A stretch of DNA of 64,000 bases, taken from contig NC_091470.1 in NCBI RefSeq assembly GCF_036971445.1, positions 153,016,001-153,080,000 on the forward strand. Direction: 5' to 3'. Every line of letters begins with the position of its first letter. Position 1 is the stretch's first letter. This DNA comes from Narcine bancroftii (taxonomy: Eukaryota). The translations under genes were made by a program, and so were the position numbers. Under the pieces are notes generated by a model. The model made no database searches. It was given only the letters and a program-made list of their open reading frames with translations, and had not been told where the DNA came from. This document shows, in pieces, positions 51,609 through 62,084 of the stretch.

Positions 51609-52716
51609 TTAAAAATGAATTTTCAATGACATGTTGTACTTCATGGTTTTGTACACTTGAAGTAGATTAAAAATATGACAGGAAATCACAGAAATGGGTT
51701 ATATCTTTTAAAAAAAAAAGGTATGTGATAGGAAAAGTTTAAGGGGATTTTTGCAATCAGCAGCCCAACATCCTTAAAATACACCCATGAGCGTTCAGGA
51801 AGCAAAATCTTCTTTGTCCAATATTATTTGCGGAATGAATCTGTGGAGAATGGCTTTACCCATTGTTATCATGTTGAGAGATTTGACTAATGCTGGATTA
51901 CACTTAAGGAGAAGTAATCCACTGTTTGCTACAGAGATCCACTATCTTCTGATTTGTGGATGGTCTTTGATGACCTCAGCACAACCATCTTGTCTTTTAG
52001 TTAGCATGAAGCTATTTGATGTTTGAAGAGTTAAATTTAAAATGATTATTAAACTCTGGAACTCCACAGTTGCAGAAATCAAGAACACTAGTTAATGCTA
52101 CAGGCCACACGTTCAGAGGCTGGGGCTGTTGACTCAATGACACAAGTTTGGATCCCTTGATAAAAGCTGGGAAATTTGTTCCCTTAAATTGGGTGTGATC
52201 TAGTGGAGGAGAACTGATTGTTCCTAGGAATGTGGTAACCTGATCTAATAATTCAGAACATCTTCATTGTCAAAGTGAAGTCCCCCAACCTTAAGTGTCT
52301 TAAATTTCAATGATAATATGATTTTAAAAAGCTGGGCTTAGTAATGCTAATCATAAAACCACTTGATTCACTCTGATTAATTGATGTCCTTTAGAAAAGG
52401 AAATTTACCACTCTTACATGGATGGCCAATAAAGAACTCCAGGCCTGCAGCAATGTAGTTGCCTCTTAAGAGCCCTCTAATTGGTTTCCACTTAAATTGG
52501 GGCCAACTGGGTTAAACAATAAATCCTGGCCAAGCCTTTGGTATTCATATTGGGTGAGTGAATTCATTAAAAATACCTTAAGTGAGAATTTTGAATTGCA
52601 AGCAGAGTAATTATAAATCAGGTTTCACCAGGATCTTTGATCAAGGTGAATGAGAGGGGAATCTTATAAAATTATGAAAGGAATAGATAAGATAGACGTA
52701 GGTAAGGTTTTTCCCC

Positions 52717-53456
52717 TGTGACGTAAAGAGTAGCAATAGTCAATGAACCAGACAGTGTTTATCCTTAACACTAAATCTATCCCCAACTATGCGCAGGTAT
52801 CTAATGTGTGTGATCCAAACCATTACAAGTCAAGGCCAAAATCTAGAAAGTTACTTCAAAGTTCAGTCTTTTAAATTCAGTGTGGCAGCATTGGCCTGTG
52901 ACATTTGATGCCCAGAATTAATGTTGAACTAGTGGGAAGACTGGAGTTTGTCGCTGCTACAGACTCATGAATTCTTGTGTTGCCTTTGAAGAAATGTTCA
53001 TCTACATGAGCTGTGGTCACAACACTCCTGGTCCTTTTGTAGGCAAGACTGGAACTGGGCATGAAGCTTCCAAGACCCTGGGACTAGTCTCTCCAAGTAA
53101 CTTCACTGTTAGTCACATATCAATATGAAGCACTTTGCTTCCCAAAAGACCCTCTTGGCACAGGTCACTCCACTGAAATGGCCCAGTCATTCACAGAGCA
53201 TCCTTTGCTCTGAATTCCACAGAATGGTTGGCCACAAGAACTGCTTCATAAAGCAGTCAACGTAGTTCTCCCCTTGCAAAATCACAAGATCAAATTCTGG
53301 AACAGACTGACAAGCCTTCCCTCATTTCTTCCATTGTATTGAATTATCACTGGACTGTGACTTGTGATGGTGCTTGTATGAAATGTTAACTGTGACCATT
53401 AGTTTCTCCTGTCCTTCCAGTGATAATCCCATTTTACTAACATGGGAGTTCGTAAT
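52717..53456 (-). mobile_element. Solo LTR inserted into a CR1 3' fragment (52645-52716 and 53461-53730)
   Basis: TSD cccc; reverse-complement homology to 39856-40728; CR1 reads through when the LTR is removed. Confidence 0.7.
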
Positions 53457-53867
53457 CCCCTGATAGGTGCGACAAGAACTGGGGACAAGGCCTTAATAGG
53501 TTTAGGATGCAATGAAGAGGAACTGCTTTTACCAGAGGCTGGTGAATGTATGGAATTTGCTGCCCATGGAAGCAGTGGAGGCGACCTCATTAAATATATT
53601 TAAGATAAGGTTGGATAGATTTTTATTTTGCATAGTGGGGGAATTAAGGGATATGGGGAAAAGGCAGGTAGTTATAAATGAGACTATCATCAGATCAGCT
53701 ATGATCTCTTTGAATGGTGGAGCAGGCTCAATTAAACTGCTTTTGGCAAAATATTTATGAAGAAATATCAAATATATAAGAATGGAAATCTTGCTGTTTT
53801 ATGATGCTGAGGAGAATTGAATGGAAATAATGGATTTTGCTAGTGGTTTAATTAAAATGTGTTTTTA

Positions 53868-53930
53868 GGCACCATAGCTCAGAGCTCAATGGTTAGAGCA
53901 CTGGTCTTGTAAATCAGGGGTCACGAGTTT
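53868..53930 (+). pseudogene. tRNA-Thr(TGT)-derived pseudogene, 3' end missing
   Basis: ggcaccatagctca(gagctca)atggttagagcactggtcTTGTaaatcaggggtcacgagttt; anticodon TGT 53908-53910; duplicated agctca and no 3' acceptor strand. Confidence 0.75.
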
Positions 53931-54607
53931 GTTCCCCTCATTTCTGTGAAGTGGCGACTTTGTCTTTCTTTCAGCAAAGTTAAATTCTACATGTATTACG
54001 TGACAGTAATGGAGCCTTTACCTTTATTGGTGAGGGCGAAGCATTGAGTGTTGATGGAATGATGTTGAAGGAGCTTTCATCCGTGCTCTATCAGCCCCTG
54101 AGATGCGGTGGTGCTTTGCTCTGTATTTGGTCATTACTGTACCTCCCTGGGTGAGTTTAATGGTGCAATGCAGGGGGAGCTTCACTTTGTATCCATTTCA
54201 CAGTAGCTACCCTGAGTCTGTTTGATGGGATAGGGGAGGAGAAACAAAACTAGCTTTTAACTCACTTTGAAAAGAATAATTTGCCAGTAAAATCTAAACA
54301 CAGTGTATAGTTACTTCTTGAAATAGTTGCACCTTCAGCTAACTTTGAATAAGAGTGTTATTTGTATTTTGAATTTGAACTGCTCGATTTGATTTTATCG
54401 TGTAGCTCACTTCTGTGAAGTATATAATGACTGTAAAATGTACACTGAGTTAGGTTTGTTTCTGTTTATTTTCACTATTGTGTATGAGGTGACTTTCCTC
54501 ATTGGTTAAATTAGATTGTGGTGAAGGTGAACCAGAGATTCCTTTCCATGTCTTCCAGGCTGCTCTGTGGTATTTTGTGTTCTTAATGTGGTATGGTTGG
54601 TGTAGCA

Positions 54608-55026
54608 CAGGGGTGGCCAACCTTTTAATTCTTAATTTAGGCACGCAGCACAGTAACAGGCCATCTCGGCTCACAAGTCCATGCCGCCCAATTAACCTGC
54701 ACCCCGATACATTTTGAACGGTGGGAGGAAACCAAAATCCCGAGGGGAAAATGCACGAAGACACGACGAGAATGTACAAACTCTTTTTAGATAGCGCAAG
54801 ATTTGAACCCCAGTCTGGATTGCTGGTGGCTATAAAGGTGTTGTGCTAACCGCTACACCAGAGTGGCCAAACTTTTAATTTGGACATACAGCACGGTATC
54901 AGGCCATCTCGCCTCACGAGTCTGTACCACTCAATTAACCTACACCTCTGGTCTGGAACCGTGAGCCGAGATGGCTTGTTACTGTGCTGTATGCCTAAAT
55001 TAAAAATTAAAAGGTTGTCCACTCTG
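54608..55026. mobile_element. hAT-ended foldback element made of SINE segments, inserted in a V-SINE head
   Basis: TIRs caggggtggccaacc / ggttgtccactctg; 8-bp TSD gtgtagca (54600-54607) / gtgtagcg (55027-55034). Confidence 0.75.
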
Positions 55027-55233
55027 GTGTAGCGGTTAGTGCAACGCCTTGCCAGCGATCTGGACTGGGTTTGAATCCTGCACTGTCTGTAAGGAGTTTG
55101 TACATTCTCCCCGTGTCTTCATGTGCTTTCCCCAGGGGTTTCAGTTTCCTCCCACCATTCAAGACGTACTGGGATGTAGGTTAATGGGGTGGCACGGACT
55201 CGTGGGCTGAAATGGCCTGTTACCATTTCTATG
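55027..55233 (+). mobile_element. V-SINE/HE1-like SINE body (host of the hAT insertion; head at about 54588-54607)
   Basis: gtgtagcggttagtgcaacgcc...aaggagtttgtacattctccccgtgtc...ggcctgttacc. Confidence 0.8.
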
Positions 55234-55649
55234 TTGAAGAAACCAAACACTTATTAGGTAATTTCTTTGCAGAGCATCTGTGCTCACTTCTGACTGGTTG
55301 CTATTTTAATTCACCATCTCATTTGCACCCAGATCTGTTGGTCTGTGACCTCCTGCACTATTACAGTCAGGCCTAATGCAAGCTCGAGGAGGAACATGTT
55401 TTTGCAACCTGCAGGATGATGATTTCTCCACCATCAGATAGTGGTGGGGCTTCTTGATTTGCAGGATCTCTTTACTTATTGTGTAATGAAAAGTTTACAC
55501 TTGGAAGAAATTTGAACTTGCATTTAGAAGTAACTTTTCTCAACAGCAATGTATGGGCCTCAAGTTGGGTGAAAATGGACCAGCCTCTCGTCCTTGAATG
55601 TTAATAAAGTCATTGGACAATTTCAACTATCCACTTTTAATAAATAACT

Positions 55650-56352
55650 CTAGACAACGAAGGTTTTGCTTCCTGAACACTTTGGGGTGTATTTTATGGA
55701 TTTTGGGCTGCTGAACACAAAAATTGCCTTAAGACTTTTCTAACGTACCAATTTTTTAAGGTATAGCTTATTTTTGTGATTTCCTGCCATATTTTAGTCT
55801 ACTAGTATATTTTCCGCAAAGCAAGCTGTTTTGGTCAGTCCAAGCATCCCTGGGCATGCATTCAATGTAGGTACTATGCAAATATTGTCTTAGACCTGGG
55901 CGTGCTTAGTCAAGGATAGATGCAGACAGACTATAAAAGCAGCTCATATATTCTGTACAGATGCTGTGATATCGATTGAACACATGTTGATGCACATGCT
56001 CTTCAGGCAATAGCATGATTGTACTTAACAATAGCATATACTGTCTTCCAGAAGATTCAATACAGTAGAAATGTCTCATTAATGTCACAGCAGCTGTGAT
56101 ACATTCTGTTACATTTGTGGCGAGTATATGCTTAAGGCTCAAAGATCCAGCATGACTGCACTTATGAAGAAATTGGTGAGCAAGACACATCCTGGGCTTT
56201 TCACACTCGTTGTGCAACACAGACAGTTGAACTAACTCAATGTGTCAGCATTATGACATGATAAATTCAATAAACAATAATTTAATGTTTCTCCAACTTT
56301 CAACGTGATACAGCAGATCTGAAATTATCTCTGTGTTCAGCTTGAAGTTGTC
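55650..56352 (+). mobile_element. Internally deleted DNA transposon, same family as 48416-48700
   Basis: Right end acgtgatacagcagatctgaaattatctctgtgttcagcttgaagttgtc is the inverse of 9188-9240 and 48416-48470. Confidence 0.55.
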
Positions 56353-56523
56353 TATCATAATCCCCTTTTTTTTTCAGGAAGCAAACCGAAAGAAAATTGT
56401 TGTCCAGTGCAATTGGTCAGTGAGCTTGGTTGATCAAGTATGTACAAAAATGGGATGCTCACTATATAGCATGGACAATGAAAGGAACAAAGTGAGGAGA
56501 TTTAGGAGGAGCACGTGTTAGAC

Positions 56524-56877
56524 CAGTGGTTTTCAACCTTTTTCTTTCCACTCACATTCTACCTTAAGTATTCCCTATGCTGTCAGTGCTTAGTGATTAG
56601 TAAGGGATTGCTTAAGGTGGGATGTGAGTGGAAAGAAAAAGGTTGAAAACCACTGTTTTAATCATACCTCATTGACTCGTTATGTGCTCGGTTTCATAAC
56701 TCCAAAGGAAATGGGCCAATTAATCATTTTTCTCAAGCAAAATATTTCTGCAACAATTGGGTCTAGAGCAGTACAAATCAGTATTTTCAAAAGTAATCCC
56801 TTACTAATCACAGAGCACCTATGGCATAGGGATTACTTAAGGGGGGATGTGAGTGGAAAAGTTTTTGAAAACCATTG
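56524..56877. mobile_element. hAT MITE made of two palindromic units (same family as 43928-44026)
   Basis: cagtggttttcaacctttttctttccactcacat ... atgtgagtggaaagaaaaaggttgaaaaccactg (56524-56655), then a second partial unit ending ttgaaaaccattg. Confidence 0.75.
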
Positions 56878-57347
56878 TGTTATTGTCCTGATGGAAACTT
56901 CTATAGAATTGATGAAACCTGAAGAACAGGTGATATTTGTTTGGATTTTCAGTCAGATGTTGATAAATTTCACAGGTTTTCCTTCAAACGAGAACCTTGT
57001 GCCGGGCAATTAATGCCATCAAAGCTTGGTTTGTTGGTTAAGTTGGGTAAACTCTGTTTCGTGGCTGAGTTTCAATGACATTTATTCTGCTCCTGGTGAT
57101 TTGAATGAGAGTGTTTTTTGTTAACTTTGGTTGGTTGCAGTGACGATCTGATTTTGGCAAGGGGATTAAATTTAATTGCTCTGGAATGAGCTGGCTTGCC
57201 GATGAATATTGGGTGGGCCTCTACCCAGACTGTTGATTACAAAGGATGCTTCCACTGAATCCTTCGCTGGGAAAAAAAAACTGTGGATCCTATACTTCCA
57301 GCTCTCACCATTCTATTCACTCATCACACCAGGGTTCGCTGCTTCTC

Positions 57348-57832
57348 NNNNNNNNNNNNNNNNNNNNNNNNNNNNNNNNNNNNNNNNNNNNNNNNNNNNN
57401 NNNNNNNNNNNNNNNNNNNNNNNNNNNNNNNNNNNNNNNNNNNNNNNNNNNNNNNNNNNNNNNNNNNNNNNNNNNNNNNNNNNNNNNNNNNNNNNNNNNN
57501 NNNNNNNNNNNNNNNNNNNNNNNNNNNNNNNNNNNNNNNNNNNNNNNNNNNNNNNNNNNNNNNNNNNNNNNNNNNNNNNNNNNNNNNNNNNNNNNNNNNN
57601 NNNNNNNNNNNNNNNNNNNNNNNNNNNNNNNNNNNNNNNNNNNNNNNNNNNNNNNNNNNNNNNNNNNNNNNNNNNNNNNNNNNNNNNNNNNNNNNNNNNN
57701 NNNNNNNNNNNNNNNNNNNNNNNNNNNNNNNNNNNNNNNNNNNNNNNNNNNNNNNNNNNNNNNNNNNNNNNNNNNNNNNNNNNNNNNNNNNNNNNNNNNN
57801 NNNNNNNNNNNNNNNNNNNNNNNNNNNNNNNN
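57348..57832. other. Assembly gap (N run)
   Basis: Ns. Confidence 1.
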
Positions 57833-58046
57833 CCTCGTCTAGCCCGTTCCATTCCCAGAAACCACATGTGATCTTTATTCTTCTCCATTCTATGTCCATC
57901 ACTCGAACTCAGGCCCTTATCTTTGGAAGTTTGTTTCTAAACTCCTTTCTTACCTCTTTCAAGATCGAGATTCAATTTATTGTCATGTACAATATTACAT
58001 GGAATTTGTTTTCGTCTGGTGTAAGGCAGACAGATTTTCCCCTTGC

Positions 58047-58050
<4 letters not shown>

Positions 58051-58088
<38 letters not shown>
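58051..58088 (+). repeat. (AG)19 microsatellite inside a minus-strand retroelement remnant
   Basis: Direct reading. Confidence 0.93.
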
Positions 58089-58091
<3 letters not shown>

Positions 58092-58511
58092 CAAACGAGA
58101 AGCCCTCCAGGTTCACTGAGTATCGGTAGATTCGCCTCCAGTGCTTTCACAGCCCCTGCAGCAAGAGTCATGTCCAAACCGTTAGCAGCTCAAGGTTCAG
58201 ATCCAAACCTTCAACGTGATCAGCGCCCTCTCAGCATCCTCTCGCATCCCAGTTCTGGTACCCCTTCAACCACTTCTCGAGCTAGTCTCCAGCAGTCCAC
58301 AGCTCCAATCTCACTCAAAAATATGTTACTTGAAATCTGTCCAGACCCTATCTCTTGTTACTTGCCTGGTATTAACATGCCCTCAGTGTGTCTCAGAGTC
58401 ATATTTAACCTGATATTAGGGTATTTAACAACATATAAGTTACTGTGTAAATTGAAGCTAATATTTTCACAATCCAATCTGGACATAAAGCCTTCATTTT
58501 TGTTGGTTTTA

Positions 58512-58756
58512 ATGTGTGGTGAAAGGCATTTGCATAGATGTATGAACTGGCCAATCCGAACCTACCTGACCTTCCCTAACCCCTCCCTTGGCTCCTGCCC
58601 GGATTTCCCAATAAAGGCTGGCGTGCCTGGAGTTGTCCCTTCTTGCTCCTGTACATGGCTCCTGGCCAAGTCGTGTATCAGTAACTCAGTTTTTTTTGGT
58701 AATTAAAACTCCATCATGTCGACGTCATTATAGTGTGCACCGCGTGATGCATAACT
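58512..58756 (+). mobile_element. Possible short solo LTR
   Basis: TGTG start, CCAAT, ataaa TATA-like, ATTAAA, then gtgtgcaccgcgtgatgcataac end. Confidence 0.4.
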
Positions 58757-58883
58757 TGGGTAATGGAAGCTCGGTGCAATTACATTATATTCTGGACCTT
58801 AACTCTTTTGAGGTATTTTCTCTGGAAAGTGATGCAGTGATCTAATGGACGGCTGAATCCTGAATATCTGCCTTAATTTTCAG

Positions 58884-59020
58884 AGGAAGAGGAGGAAGTG
58901 GAAGAGGAAAGTCGTGAAGTACTGTTTCCAGAAGAAGAGCCACCCAAAGTGAAGAAGAAAAGGAAACCACGGAAACAGAAAGAGAACAAGACTCCAAAAA
59001 TGAAGAAGAGAAAGAAAGAG
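58884..59020 (+). CDS. CHD5: CHD5 coding exon 2 (acidic then basic, NLS-like)
   Basis: ttaattttcag|(E)EEEEVEEESREVLFPEEEPPKVKKKRKPRKQKENKTPKMKKRKKE|gtagga; phase 1 to phase 0, like CHD5 exon 2 ([22 protein letters not shown]). Confidence 0.88.
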
Positions 59021-59962
59021 GTAGGATGAATTGGATTATAGCTGACAGATTAATTGGAAAATATCAGGGAAAAAGGCATGGAGTTCAGTGAAGCTGGTCT
59101 ATTTGAGAGAAAAGGAGGGGAAGTGGATGTTGCTTCCAATTCTGTTATTTATATTCTGTTTCTAATTGCCTTTGAACTGAGGAAGAGTCGATCATGTTGA
59201 TGAGTAAAATGAGAGATGCAGGGCAGTCGATTTCCTTCGTGACAGACATTAGTTATCCAGACTAATGTGTTTGTGACGATTCAGCATCTTCACTGTTACC
59301 GAGACCACATTTTTAAACTTCAGTCTGTGAACTTTAATAGCCCGTTGCCATGATGAGATTTGGCCTTCTTTTCGAATCAACAGTCCAAAAACTCTGCAGG
59401 CATTTTTAAAGAAGTTGGGAAAATGAAGAAGGCCAAGGTTTTTGGAGAGAGACGGACTGGTTCTTTCCCCCAGTGGCTTGACCGAGGGAGAGGAAGGCAC
59501 TAAGGGCCAGAGGTCACGAAAGCTGCAAAGAAAGTGCAAGGCTGGGGAAGGCTGCAAAGCTGGAGGTGGGTCCAGCTAGTGGATTGATTTGAAGGTGGTG
59601 ATCTCGCGTTTGGTAATGTTGGAGCAATGAAGGATGAAGTGACCAGATGTTTGTTTGGAGTTTGTGGAGGGATGCAAAGAGGAGACAGGTGCTGAAAGTG
59701 AGGGTAAAGGTGGCAGTTACTGTGAGGAAGGGAAGGGTGGACAATATCCCAGGGTTTCAAGCATTCCAGCAAGACAGAGGGGGGATTAAAAGGAGGTGGC
59801 ATAATCAGGCTTTAAACTTCGACATTGTAATGCATACAAAGGAGCTTAATTGTTCCTTAATGGCTACATAATTTCACCCGATCAGTGAAGTTTCTGTGTT
59901 TCACTCTTTTCTGCTGTATCAGTTACAGATATATGATTGAGATTCTGGAATGTGGCTTTGAC

Positions 59963-60213
59963 TTTAAATCTTAAATTTAGACATGCAGCACGGTAACAGG
60001 GCCTTTTGGTCCACAAGCCTGTGCTGCCCACTTGCACCCAATTAACCTGAAAACCACCAGTACGTTTTGAACAGTGGGAGGAAACTGGAGCACCCGGAGG
60101 AAACCCATGCAGACATGGGGAGAACATATTAACTCCTTACAGACAGCATGGGTTTTGAACCCCTATACTGATCGCTGGCGCTGTAACAGCGTTGCGTTAA
60201 CTGCTGTGTTAAC
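59963..60213 (-). mobile_element. V-SINE/HE1-like SINE
   Basis: ggaggaaactggagcacccggaggaaacccatgcagacatggggagaaca (V-domain reverse complement). Confidence 0.85.
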
Positions 60214-60793
60214 CCTTTGGGTTTGAGAATTCAACCCACCCAGTTGAGGTGGAACACCCTCCCCTGCCCCAGCCCCTGCCTTCCATCCCACCGTCTTGCC
60301 ATGGTTATTCATGGTTATAGTAGTTTAGGTGTTTTTTCCACTACAGGGCTGTGCTCTGCAATGAAATGTTGCATTCACTGCTTCCAGGATTAAAAAGTCC
60401 ACACACTGACGTGAGGAACTTCCCTTAGTGTCTGTCAAAAGAATGCAATTTCTGTGACAGCAGAACCTGAGCCCAAACTGGTCGGCCTATGGAGCAGTAG
60501 AGGAGGACAGTGCAGATCCTTCCTTCTCTGTTGTGGTACCTCCAGTTCCAGTGCTGCTCAGGCACTTCTGATATCAGGCAGCAAACATTAAATATTTGTC
60601 TGACTTGTTGAATCGTTTGAGGTAAATTTTAACATGACAAATGATTTGCTTGATAAAGTTGGTGCTTATCCCTGACACTAATTTTGGTGGGTGGGAGGAG
60701 AGAGTCTACTGCTTAGTATGGATGCAGTGAGTTGATGGGCCTGTTTCGAGGATGACGGTCTCCATGACTTGGATAGATCCTGTGAAGAGCTTT

Positions 60794-61050
60794 GGGCGGC
60801 ACGGTTGGCAGAGTGGTTAGTGCAACGCCTTTACAGCGCCAGCGATCGGGTCTGGACCGGGTTTGAATCCCATGCTATCTGTAAGGGGTTTTTATGTTCT
60901 CCCTGTGTCTGTGTGGGTTTTCTCTGGGGGGGGGTCCTCCATTTTCCTCCCACTGTTTGAAATGTACTGGGGATGTAGGTTACAGTAATTGGGTGTAAAT
61001 TGGGCGGCATAGATTCATGGGCCGAAATAGCCTGTATGTCTAAATTCTAA
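60794..61050 (+). mobile_element. V-SINE/HE1-like SINE, full length
   Basis: gggcggcacggttggcagagtggttagtgcaacg head (A box), gggtttgaatccc (B box), V-domain, gtctaaatt tail. Confidence 0.85.
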
Positions 61051-61819
61051 AAAAATTATATTAATTTAATTTAACTTAAATTTAAATAAATGTAAAGGTT
61101 GTTATTGTTTCTGAAAGGTGTCATGAATTATTTGATGTGAACTTTAATTTTTTCAGTGATTTTCATTAATTAAAGTGAATAACAAAATCTGATCATTTTA
61201 TGTACATGTACAACTTGCTTGTGATTTCGTCAAGAAGATTCCTTTAGAATTCAGTGGACTGTGTGGTTTTTGGTGAACATGGCACTCATACAGGAAGGAA
61301 GTGTGTGCTTTGGGTTTGATAGCATTATAGACTTCCTTCTTGTATCAGTGAAGCCCTAAATGGAGCACTTGTGTATTGATCCTCAAACAACCCAGATCAT
61401 CCCATTATTGGTCCATTAAAATTCTTCGTGTTTCCATCCCTAACCTCCTGGAATAATTACATCTGCTCCTTGGTTTGACCTCACAATCGAGAGCAGTAAT
61501 TGCCAAATGTTAAATGGGAGTTCTCGGTGACCAAATGGTCATTCAATAACTCGCATCTTGCAGGACCTGCTCTGTCAGATAATTAGCTTCACATTGCTTC
61601 AAATGTCACTTGCTTTAAATTACAGAATTGTCTTGAAATCCAACATAGCCATTAAGGTTTTTAATCTGGCCTTGGTACCCCTGGGATCAGGAGATGTTGG
61701 GTTGTTGGCCACATCTCAGCTGGACTTTCTATCTGTACTTTCATGGTGTCCCAGGCCAATACATTTTGTCTATTGCATCTCAACTAGTATCACATTATGT
61801 GGTAATTATCACAATGCCG

Positions 61820-62055
61820 GTACAAGACACTGTAGATGCTTTAATCTGGAGCAGCAAACAAACTGTTGGAGGAGATCACTGAGTCAGGCAGCATCTATGG
61901 ATGGTTAGCATTTTGGGTCAAGACCCATCAAAGAGTCCTGATGCAGGGTCTTGACCTGAAAGGCCACCAATCCTTTTGCCTCCACAGAAGCTGCCTGATG
62001 TACTGAGTACCTTGCTTTTTGTTCCATTAGCGGACATGATTCCAGCATCAGTTTG
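61820..62055. mobile_element. Palindromic Penelope-derived short element
   Basis: tcaggcagcatct..tgggtcaagaccc / gggtcttgacctg..agaagctgcctga inverted halves. Confidence 0.65.
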
Positions 62056-62084
62056 CATGTGCCGAAAATATGGTTGTGATAGTC

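Noticed and set aside
50998-51612. 204-aa plus-strand ORF
   Set aside because: Antisense to the purine-rich L1 5'/ORF1 region; composition alone explains the lack of stops
57209-58119. Long ORFs containing X runs (also 40265-40726)
   Set aside because: Artefacts of reading through N gaps
57999-58706. 235-aa ORF with ERERER stretch
   Set aside because: Runs through an (AG)n microsatellite, a retroelement remnant and a probable LTR; no recognisable domain
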